Source of the DNA: Malacoraja senta
Lineage: Eukaryota
Direction: 5' to 3'
Length of the DNA: 44,648 nt
NCBI GenBank assembly: GCA_038087875.1
Contig: JAXLNO010005914.1
Span: forward strand, 1 to 44,648
The position numbers and the translations under genes were made by a program. Below are positions 35,504 to 44,648 of the stretch, in pieces; positions within the stretch are counted from its first letter, which is position 1; each line of letters starts with the position of its first letter. The notes below the pieces were generated by a model. The model had not been told where the DNA came from. It saw only the letters and a program-made list of their open reading frames with translations, and did not search any database.

Positions 35504-35824
35504 GTGAGTCCAAAGCTGCCTTGCAGCAGGTATTAAATAGTTCTTGATATCAAACTGTTCCACATGTTGTATAGTGAGCACTGACTCCACCCGTGGGCTT
35601 CCACACTGTAGGATGTGGACATTGCCTTTACGCTGGAACATGGTGGAAATATAAAATGGTGGCACTAGGATTGATGGAGCCACACAGGAGAACCAAGAGA
35701 TTCATTTCAATTCACCTGAATGAATCAAAGGGGATAATATCCAGTGATGGAAATAACATCTAGTTTTCAGTGTATAACAGAACAGGAAAATATGAACTAA
35801 TTCATGAATAAATGCAGAGGTAAT

Positions 35825-36520
35825 ATCAGAATCAGAATCAGAATCACATTTTATTGGCCACGTAATCATACACAAGGAACTTGACAGTGCTTTGCTCGCA
35901 TGTGGTAAAAACATGATATACAGCAGACAATTAAAAATAAAACATTATAATTTAAACATGTGAAAATAAAGTACCGGAGATAAAAGAGGCTACCGACTTT
36001 TGGCTGTTGAGTAGAGCTACGGTTCGTGGGAAGAAGTTGTTTTTATGTCTGGATATGGCAGCTTTGACAGTCAGGACTCACCTGCCAGAGGGAAGTGATT
36101 CAAAGAGTTTGTGGCCAGGGTGAGAAGGGTCACAGATGATCTTACCCGCTTGCTTCCTGGCCCTTGCAGTGTACAGTTCATCTATGGAGGGAAGGTTGCA
36201 GCCAATAACCTTCTCAGCTGATCGGACGATTCGCTGCAGCCTCCAGGTGTCGTGCTTGGTGGCTGACCATGACCATGATGGAGAACGTGAGGACAGACTC
36301 TATGATGGTAGTGTAAAATTGGACCATCATTGCCTGTGGCAGGTTGTGTTTGCTCAGCTGCCGCAGGGAGTACATCCTCTGTTGGGACTTTTTGACTGTG
36401 GAGTCGATGGTGGCCTCCCATTTAAGTCGCTGGAGATGATGATTCCGAAGAAATTAAATGACTCCACAGTTGTGACTGTGGTGTTGTTGAAGAAAAGTGG
36501 GAGGAGGGGAGGGGGAGCTC
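35825..36520 (-). mobile_element. Rex1/Babar-type LINE 3' portion with (TTCTGA)n tail
   Basis: RMYFLRQLSKHNLPQAMMVQFYTTIIESVLTFSI-type frame; tail at 35825-35848. Confidence 0.75.
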
Positions 36521-36594
36521 TACAATCAGGAGGGGAGGATTGAGTCTACAATCAATTCCACTGTCTTAAGAGCACTGAGCTTCAGGTTGTTGCA

Positions 36595-37035
36595 ATGCCA
36601 ACAGGACACAAGCTTTATGATTAGGGTGACTTGGACATCGTGCTGAAGTAAGCATGCAGGTACAGCAGGCAATGGAGAAAGCAAATGGCATGTTGGCCTT
36701 CATAGCGAGATGATTTAAGTATAGGAGCAAAGAGATCCTACTGCATTTGTACGGGGCCCTGATGAGACAACACCTGGAGTATTGTGTGCAGTTTTGGTCT
36801 CTTAGTTTGAGAAAGTACATTCTTGCTATCGAGGGAGTGCATCATAGGTTCACCAGGTTAATTCCTGGAATAGCGGACTGACATATAATGAAAGAATGGA
36901 TCGACTGGGTTTATATTCACTGAAATTTAGAAGGATGAGAGGGTATCTTATAGAACCGCGTAAAATTAATAAGGGATTGGGCAGGCTAGATGCAGGAAAA
37001 ATGTTCCCCATATTGGGCGAATCCAGAACCAGGGT
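36595..37035 (+). mobile_element. CR1 ORF2 C-terminal fragment
   Basis: [15 protein letters not shown]...LGLYSLKFRRMRG motifs. Confidence 0.85.
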
Positions 37036-37143
37036 TCCCAGCTGACATCCCAGAGCCGGGGGGTTTTCCCTGTGGAAACTCACAACATTGTATCTCGGCG
37101 TGTGTGAAAATCTAATTCTTTGTTCCCTGTCCCGCTCTTGCAG

Positions 37144-37479
37144 GTTTACACAAGACGTACACAGTTTATCGCTCAGTCACAGATCACAGTGAACTCGACC
37201 TGATTTGTGAAGCTTCTCCTGAGCTCAGTGAAACCAAATGGACTTGGAGATCACAACGTTTCCAGAATCAAGAGAAGGAAATAGCTTCTTCTCACAGGTC
37301 TGAGCCGATACATGTCGACAGGAGCTACTTTGGGAATCAGCTGGAAACCATAGAGGGAAATGTGAATGGCAAGAATTTCCATGTGAGGATTGTCCCCGTG
37401 CAGTTTGCAGATGCTGGAGTTTACACATGTTCCACAGGATCAAATATATATGTGAACATTGAACTAATCACAGTTACAG
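37144..37479 (+). CDS. Intact V-set Ig exon (CD4/LAG-3-like family)
   Basis: Pyrimidine tract + CAG acceptor; 336 nt open: (G)LHKTYTVYRSVTDHSELDLICEASPELSETKWTWRSQ...KNFHVRIVPVQFADAGVYTCSTGSNIYVNIELITVT; G|GTAGAA donor; D-x-G-x-Y-x-C motif. Not captured in frame by the ORF track. Confidence 0.88.
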
Positions 37480-38284
37480 GTAGAAGACTGGATGTTACTA
37501 CTTTCAAGAATTAAGAATTAAGTGTAGAGTTTCTAATCTGAGTACAGACTGCAATGTCAGCAGAAATTCCCAAGTTTTAAGAGTTATTTTACCTACAGAG
37601 CTTCCTCTTCAACTTATTTGTATTTTGCTGAACCCAAAATCTGCCTTAAACCAACATTATTGGGAAGCACATTAAATGTTATTTTCATTTATTTGGTTGA
37701 AAACACATTGTTTTATACGTAAGAGAGGGAATATGATGAAATGTGATTCACAAAGGTGCAAATGAGCTTCTATCGAAAATATTTTTAAAATCATTCAACT
37801 TCTCTTAACACATTCCCCAAGCTTCTTTGACCCCAAACGACCCATCCTAATTTTGAAGGCTCACTGGAGGCTTAAAACTGAGTGTATTTTGTGGAATTTA
37901 TCGATTAATATTTACCTGGATGAGTGTTGTGGCCAAAACTGGCCAAAGACAATGATGTGGGCATTGGTTGCTCTTTGAATAATTAGTTCAAAAGTGGTGT
38001 GAATGATTATGGAAAAGACACTTGGAAAGGCACATGGATGGGAAAGGTGCAGAGGGATATGGGCCAAATGTGGGAACATATTTTAGATGGAGCATCTCGG
38101 GCGGCATGGATAAGTTGGGCTGAATGGACCGAATTGTTTCATGCTGTATGACTATGCCTCTAACTCTTGTTGTGTAATATAATTTTTCACACTTAGAACG
38201 CTAGATACTGGTGTCAATGTACTGAGAAAAATACAACACATTCCAGACAAAATTCATTGTTTTATGATTTTCTTCTTTCCACAG

Positions 38285-38554
38285 TTACAACTGAACCATC
38301 TGGCGCAGTGACTGAGGGAAGAAAGATTACCCTGACCTGCTCTGTGTCTCATGTCACTGAGTCAATGAGACTGGTTTGGATCAATGATGAAGGCAAAGTT
38401 GTAGAGGAGAAAAATCTCATGCAAACAAAGCAGGAGGACAATTCTTTGCAGCTGCTTATTGCAATAGCTGATGCAGTAAGAAGGAAATGGACACGTGGTT
38501 TGTTTCATCAAAGCACAGCCAAGGTTTTCATTCCATATAATCTGCAGGTGAACA
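38285..38554 (+). CDS. C2-type Ig exon with a WxC-type F strand (Cys to Arg), CD4/LAG-3-like family
   Basis: TTCTTTCCACAG acceptor; 270 nt: (V)TTEPSGAVTEGRKITLTCSVSHVTESMRLVWIN...RKWTRGLFHQSTAKVFIPYNLQVN; A|GTAAGT donor. Confidence 0.85.
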
Positions 38555-39171
38555 GTAAGTTTCTAAGCTTCTGCTCTTCGTTATCTCGACACAGAGTTCT
38601 TGTCACGTTGCTATTCTTTTTGGATAACTTTTAACATTCCATGTCTTACTGCAAGTAGAGCTCAATCATAGACATTTCCTTCAAACATCTTGTCCATGCC
38701 TATAAGGTCACTTCTATTGTAAGTAGTCCAGGTCAATGAAGCACATGGGAGCACATGGATCACTACTGCTGACAGACCACTGACCAAGACCTGTGTTGGC
38801 CATCTCATTGAAGGTGATCGGGAATTTTGTCATCAATGTCTGTCCTTGTTGATAAGTGTCTCCACAGGTATGAAAAGTGGTCCAGTAGTATGAAAACCAG
38901 TGTGTCACTGTCAACCTTTTTGTCAGAGGTCAGTATAGTAAGGTGGGCAGCTTGGTGGAAGATCTTTGCCATAACACCCAAACTGTGCCCCTTAAAGATA
39001 ACACTGTGCCCCTTAAAATCATCTTGAAAATAGTTGTACAAGTTTCATTCCCCTGTTCTGATGCTGTAAAACATTACAGCGGTTGAAGCATCCACAGTAA
39101 CTTCACCAAAGGCTGCCACGTGAGAACAGAAGATGTGGGGGAGGGAATACTGATGTCTTCACCTTGTCTGA

Positions 39172-39468
39172 CCATGATGGCGCACTGGTAGGGTTGCTGC
39201 CTTACAGCGACAGGGACCCGGGTTCAATCCTGACTACAGGTGCTGTCTGTATGGAGTTTGTTTCTTCATCCCGTGCCCTGCGTGGGTTTTCTCCAGGATT
39301 TCCGGTTTTCTCCCAAATTCCAAAGATGTACAAGTCTTGGTTTGGCTTGGTGTAATTGTATGTTGTCCCTGGTGTGTGTAGGATAGTGTTAGTCTGTGGG
39401 AATCGCTGGTTGGCGTGGACCCGGCGAGCCGAAGGGCCTGTATCCGCGCTGTATCTCTAAACTAAATT
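39172..39468 (+). mobile_element. Full V-SINE (HE1-like)
   Basis: A-box, B-box GGTTCAATCC, V core, tail GCCGAAGGGCCTGTATCCGCGCTGTATCTCTAAACTAAA. Confidence 0.88.
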
Positions 39469-40242
39469 GAACACAATCCCAACATTCCTCCCAATCCCAC
39501 CCATCCATTAATCCCTGCCCTTCATGTGGTCCCAAGCCTCAGTGAAAGACATTTTGTACAATGCTGACAGAAGGCAAAGCACTGATCCCTAACAGAGGAA
39601 GATGCTGTAAACACCCAGGCACAAAGGAACAAGCGCCACCACATATAGATCAATGAAGAGTCAGTGAAGCACAAAGTGGAAAGTATCAATGTCCCAACAG
39701 GAACACTTTAATTCCTCACAGATAATCACATCATCCAGTCATAGAATTGTGGAATGGTTGTCGCACAGAAGGTGTCCATTTGACCCATCATATCCATGCT
39801 AACTCTCATCCAGAGCAAATCGCTAATTCTACCCCCTCTCCTTTTGCCATCACATTGCAGCTTTTTCATCGCTATATATTTGTCCAATTCTCTCTGGAAA
39901 GCCACGATAGAACCCAGCTCCCCAACTGATGCAGACAGTACACTTCAGACTCCAACTACCTGCTGCCCAAAAAGATTTTCCTCAAGTCATTCTAAAATGT
40001 TTCCCCTTTATTTTAAACCAATACCATTTTGTGCTCAGCCTTTCCACTGAAGGGAGCATCCTTCCACAATCCATTCTGTTCAGACTGAATAAATAATGCA
40101 TAAATGAACAATGCTGCCATTGATGTGATGAAAGAGCATTATTGACTCTTGTCTTCAAACTCTCTCTTCAGTGTGCCATGGGAATAACTGTACAGAGAAC
40201 AGCCATAAATAGAATCTCAATTATACCAACCATGTTTACTGT

Positions 40243-40557
40243 TTAGTTTAGTTTAGAGATACAGCGCGGAAACAGGCCCTTCGGCCCACCGGGTCCACGT
40301 CAACCAGCGATCCCCGCATATTAACACTATCCTACACCCACTAGGGACAATTTTGTACATTTACCAAGCCAATTAACCTACAAACCTCTACGTCTTTGGA
40401 GTGTGGAAGGAAACCGAGGTTCTCGGAGAAAACCCATGCAGGTCCCGGAGAGAAAGTACAAACTCCGTACAGACAGCACCCGTAGTCGGGATCGAGCCCG
40501 GGTCTCCGGCGCTGCATTCACTGTAAGGCAGCAACTCTACCGCTGCGCCACCGTGCC
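40243..40557 (-). mobile_element. Full V-SINE (HE1-like) with (CTAAA)n tail
   Basis: A-box TGGCGCAGCGG, degenerate B-box, V core, CR1-like tail. Confidence 0.9.
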
Positions 40558-40627
40558 GCATTCATTGTGTCATCTCTTTGTAACATGTTTACAGTTTGAC
40601 TTGCAGATTCAACTGCTTCAATGCACC

Positions 40628-40985
40628 ATCTCCATCAGTACCGCTACAGTGTGCCCCTCCATCAGTACCACCACAGTGTGTCACTCCATCAGTACCACAG
40701 TGTGTCACACCATCAGTACCACCACGGTGTGTCTCTCCATCAGTACCACCACATTGTGTCACTCCATCAGTACCACCACAGTGTGTCCCTCCATCAGTAC
40801 CACCACAGTGTGTCACACCATCAGTACCACCACAGTGTGTCCCTCCACCAGTACCACCACAGTGTGTCACTCCATCAGTACCACCACAGTGTGTCACTCC
40901 ATCAGTACCACACAGTGTGTCCCTGCGTCAGTTCTGCCCCATTTTTATCCCTCCATCAGTACTTTCTCACTGTGTCCCTCCATCA
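40628..40985. repeat. 27-bp minisatellite (CTCCATCAGTACCACCACAGTGTGTCA), ~11-12 copies with 24-bp variants
   Basis: Tandem units read directly; 9-aa periodicity in the ORF track. Confidence 0.92.
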
Positions 40986-41801
40986 GTGGGCGGAGAGAGG
41001 GCAGCCCAGAGAGGGGGAATAGAGAGCGTAGGAGAGGGAGTAACAGTTCAGAGAGTGTGACAGCAGTAAGGATGGAGGGAGAGAGAAAGAGAGGAGGGAG
41101 AGGTGCTGGATCATTCGCTGTTTTATTTAGGTTTAGGACAATTCTGAGGCGGCAATGTTTCTGTTCTCTGAGTGTCCTGAGTCTTTGGGTCGTTCCTCCA
41201 CAGAGGTGATGAAGGAAGGCAGAGAATGTTATTGTCCCATGGTATAGTCAGATATATTCCAGGCAAGCAGGGAGTGAATGGTTCCCGGGGTCAGTCAGCG
41301 GGAGTGTGGGGTTGAGGTCACAGTCAGTGAAGCCGCGATCATATTGAGTGGTGAAGCAGAGTGGAGGGGGGGGGGCATTTTAGTCTGAGGTGATGTGTTG
41401 AACTAATTCCTCAACCTGTGGACAAAGGTCGCCCAGTCCAGTCCACCTTCAAACTGGGCACCAGATGCCCTGAGAGGGTCCCTGGAATTTGGCATTGCCT
41501 TGCTGAGTGAAACGGATTGAAGGAAATCAGACAAACAACATGAGGTGGAGAGTTGGATCTGATGGAGTTTGAAACAATATCCCCTTTGCGGGAACAATGG
41601 CGCCGCTCCCAATTTCCATCCGTCAGGATCTATCGCCACAATTCCCAGTTTTTGGAGTTTCTCAATCAATTCCCTGAATAAATCACAACCTGTCTCAGCA
41701 GGGATTTCACTGGGCTGATGTCATCTGTTTGTGAATCATTTCTAAATCTCTATTTTTAAAATCTGTTGAAACTTCACTGTTCCGGCGGAGACGGAAAATG
41801 G

Positions 41802-41808
41802 TATAAAA
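41802..41808 (+). promoter_or_regulatory. Candidate TATA box of the GPCR gene
   Basis: TATAAAA 80 nt upstream of the ATG; an in-frame stop lies upstream of that ATG. Confidence 0.45.
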
Positions 41809-41887
41809 TCTCCAGGAATGTTCTGCCTCAGCATTTCATTGCAAGACATTACCGGTAGCTCACGGGGACACGTCGCTGGGCAGAGAA

Positions 41888-41963
41888 ATGGGGGGAAAGC
41901 TGCGGGAATATTTCGACGTGGAGAAAATCCTGTACGTGATCATTGCTGCCGTTGGAGTCCCTG
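41888..41963 (+). CDS. GPR139-like orphan class A GPCR, coding exon 1 (N-terminus, start of TM1)
   Basis: MGGKLREYFDVEKILYVIIAAVGVP + G|GTAAGT; 76 nt, phase 1. Confidence 0.85.
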
Positions 41964-42646
41964 GTAAGTGAGTGAGCAGAACAATTCAAGTTTTATAACT
42001 CCATCCGTATGTTAACTGGTGTTGACCCGATTCTCATCATGTTACAAGTTCCCAACTGATGATCGTTGTACAAGAATATGTGAAGAATATCAATCCTCTC
42101 AGTGAAATATTTGTGAATTAACGCTATGCTTTTTCTTATTTTCAGACAGCTGAAACTAACCCTCTTTTTCTCTCACTGCTGCCGGCCGGGAGCCACTAGA
42201 ATGTTGTTCTTGCCTTCAGTGGGACTTTGCCCAGAGATGTCCCAGTGCTCGGGACAGGCAGGCAGGCAGGCAGCTCTCCGGGACGGTGTGACTGGGAGAG
42301 AGGGGTTCACATTGTGAAGTTCACTGTGTCTGAGTTATTGATCAGAGTGAACACCCGCTCCCTGTGGACACTGTGTCTCACTGTGGAGTCTGTCTGTCAC
42401 AGTCGGATTCCACCCACCGCCTGTTGGTCAATAATAGGATCGATCTCCTGGACCAGTGGCCGCGGATCTACCGGCGTGTGTGTGTGTGTTGTTACTTCAC
42501 CTGCACCATCTTGAGTCTGCTGAGATTAGCCGCTGTATGTCTAAACTAACCCGACTAACTCCCCCCCCTGTCTCTGTGCTTTGGTACATATATCCCACAC
42601 CATCCATACATGGGTATAATAGGTTGCATTCCTGGCACCGTCTGGA

Positions 42647-42843
42647 TTTCGTGTGTGGGAAAGAACTGCCGATGCTGGTTTAAATCGAAGATAGACACAA
42701 AGTGCTGTAGCAACTCAGCGGGACGGGCAGCATCTCTGGAGAGAAGGAATGGGTAACGTTTCGGATCAAGACCCTTCTTCAGTCCCATTCCTTCTCTCCA
42801 GAGATGCAGCCTGTCCCGCTGAGTTACTCCGCTTTCTGCGTCG
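42647..42843. mobile_element. Palindromic Penelope-derived mini-element with a 10-bp TSD
   Basis: TSD ACCGTCTGGA (42637-42646, 42844-42853); inverted arms; hammerhead core in the loop on minus. Confidence 0.8.
42751..42786 (-). ncRNA. Minimal type I hammerhead ribozyme core
   Basis: CTGAAGA-A-GGGT[CTTG]ATCC-GAAA-CG-TT-ACCC; stem II includes a G-U pair; stem I is weak. Confidence 0.55.
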
Positions 42844-43016
42844 ACCGTCTGGACCAGAAGGGGTGGACTCTCTCTCCCGCTTTGCAACAATTGGCCTCTG
42901 CTTCAGGAGGGAAGTGTGAAGGGCACCTTGTGTGGGCAGGGAGAGAAATAGGAATATCAGGGATATCGGATATGGCGGCCATTGTAGTGCATTCTCCCCC
43001 CAGCTTTACCTTTACC

Positions 43017-43270
43017 TTTAGAAAGGAGATGAGGAGGAATTTCTTTAGACAGAGGGTGGTGAATCTGTGGAATTCATTGCCGCAGACGGGGTTGGAGGCC
43101 AAGTCAATGGATACTTTTAAGGCGGAGAGTGATAGATTCTTGATTAGTGCGGGTGTCGGGGGGTTACGGGGAGAAGGCAAGAGAATGGGGTTGAGAGGGA
43201 AATATAGATCGGCCATGATTGAATGGCGGAATAGACATGATGGGCCGAATGTCCTAATTCTGCTCCTATG
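43017..43270 (+). mobile_element. CR1 3'-end fragment (GPCR intron)
   Basis: RKEMRRNFFRQRVVNLWNSLP and CR1 3'UTR. Confidence 0.85.
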
Positions 43271-43287
43271 AGCTGCACTCTTGTGTA

Positions 43288-43491
43288 AAGTGTTTAAGAA
43301 GGAACTGCAGATGCTGGAAAATCGAAGATAGACAATGCTGGAGAAACTCAGCGGATGAGGCACCATCTATGGAGTGAAGGAAATAGGTAACTATTTGTAG
43401 TCTGAAGAAGGGTTTCGGCCCGAAACGTTACCTGTTTCCTTCGTTCCATAGATGCTGCCTCACCCGCTGAGTTTCTCCAGCACTTTTGTCT
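43288..43491. mobile_element. Palindromic Penelope-derived mini-element with an 11-bp TSD
   Basis: TSD ACTCTTGTGTA (43277-43287, 43492-43502); ~65-bp inverted arms enclosing a hammerhead core. Confidence 0.85.
43399..43432 (+). ncRNA. Minimal type I hammerhead ribozyme core
   Basis: AGT-CTGAAGA-A-GGGT[TTCG]GCCC-GAAA-CG-TT-ACC. Conserved boxes intact; stem III reduced to the palindrome AACGTT; stem I only 2 bp. Confidence 0.65.
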
Positions 43492-43644
43492 ACTCTTGTG
43501 TAGTCCTTTCTGAATAATTTCCCTTATCTGTGCTGAATGCTAACCTGGTTCTGGAAGGGTAGAGTTTGGGGATAATGCAATAGATGAAGTAGTTTGCATC
43601 AAGAAGCCATTGGGATAACCTCAGTGGAAGCTTGAGAGTGATGA

Positions 43645-43860
43645 ATGGTGAGTGTGGAATTCTCTGTCTCAGAGGGCGGTGGAGACAGGTTCTCTGGATG
43701 CTTTCAAAAGAGAGTAGATAGGGCTCTTAAAAATAGCGGAGTCAGGGGATATGGGGAGAAGGCAGGAACGGGGTACTGATTGGGGATGATCAGCCATGAT
43801 CACATTGAATGGCGGTGCTGGCTCGAAGGGCCAAATGACCTCCTCCTGCACCTGTTGTCT
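43645..43860 (+). mobile_element. CR1 3'-end fragment (GPCR intron)
   Basis: Matches the CR1-C-type 3'UTR. Confidence 0.85.
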
Positions 43861-44336
43861 ACTGAACTCACTGTGGAATGAATCCATTAACTGAGCCACT
43901 CTGCTGCCGGATTCCATGTTGTCCCTGCCTTCCCTCTGGAAGCCTCCCTCCTCGTCCCCATCAGATGCCGTGTTCCCAGAGCCCTGGTTAAACGCGGCCG
44001 GCCGCTCACGGTTAAGTCTGTGAAAGCGGCCCCATCACAGACTGTGAGCAGCAGCAGGGTTCACTATAGAAAGGACCATTGCGCCTATTGTAGCGGGTGG
44101 GTGGCTGCTCGTTCCCTCCCCGCCCTTTACCCCACCCGCCCGTCACCTTATCCCTTCTCCCCTGAAGCAGGCAGGCAGGTCGGGCACAGTCGGAGCCGGC
44201 TCTGACATTGTTAAACTTGCAGCAGCCGCGCACCGACTACAACGCTCCTGATCTTGAGCTGAAAGTCGAGCCGCTGTTCAGCCCCGGAGACCGTGTTGAG
44301 TAAATGCCCAGTGTCCGTTCCCTTGTCTTTCCGCAG

Positions 44337-44648
44337 TGAATTTAGTGGCGATCGTGATCCTGTCCCGGGGAAAGTGCGGCCTCTCCACCTGCACCACTCG
44401 CTACCTGGTGGCCATGGCAGCGGCTGATCTACTGGTCCTCATCACCGAGGTCATTTTGTATCAGATCCGATTACATTACTTTTATTGGAGTTTCCTGGCC
44501 ATCACCCCTGTGTGCAGTGTTAACGGTGTACTGGCAACTGCAGCTGCAGACTATTCTGTCTGGTTCACCGTCACTTTCACCTTTGATCGCTTTGTCGCCA
44601 TTTGTTGCCAGAAGCTGAAAACTAAATATTGCACCGGGAAAACTGCGG
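44337..44648 (+). CDS. GPR139-like orphan class A GPCR, coding exon 2 (TM1 end to TM3/ICL2; runs off the window)
   Basis: CTTGTCTTTCCGCAG acceptor; open frame (V)NLVAIVILSRGKCGLSTCTTRYLVAMAAADLLVLITEVIL...TPVCSV...DYSVWFTVTFTFDRFVAICCQKLKTKYCTGKTA. TM1 N, TM2 AxxD and TM3 DRF motifs; phase matches exon 1. Missed by the ORF track. Confidence 0.93.

Noticed and set aside
38700-38900. MCFIDL motif on the minus strand suggesting an old RTE fragment
   Set aside because: Too short and degraded to support a feature call.
40171-40211. Strong acceptor giving a short terminal exon MCHGNNCTENSHK-stop after the last Ig exon
   Set aside because: No homology evidence and no clear poly(A) signal; it cannot be distinguished from chance.

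Overview
This is repeat-dense genomic DNA from a cartilaginous fish, most likely a skate or ray, inferred from HE1-type V-SINEs, elasmobranch CR1 LINEs and a GPR139-like gene. It contains about a dozen N gaps. Most of the window is non-LTR retrotransposon debris: CR1, L2/Crack, RTE-X-like, Rex1/Babar, Penelope-like elements, SINEs and CT/GA simple repeats. 10.8-21.9 kb is a nested stack of insertions whose order can be read from target-site duplications (TSDs), and it includes a 109-bp tandem array born from CR1 coding sequence. Host content is all on the + strand and has three parts. (1) An MHC class I alpha3-like C1-set exon split by a young 3.8-kb CR1 with a 14-bp TSD (29336-29546 + 33388-33443). 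(2) Three phase-1 Ig exons with CD4/LAG-3-like C2-V-C2 character (35260-35503, 37144-37479, 38285-38554). These could belong to the same gene as the C1 exon, which would give an unusual MHC-C1/CD4-like chimera. (3) The first two exons of a GPR139-like orphan GPCR (41888-41963, 44337-end). Several ~200-bp palindromic mini-elements, two of them TSD-flanked, carry a minimal hammerhead ribozyme core in the loop and appear derived from Penelope-like termini. All family assignments come from motif recognition only; no database search was run.
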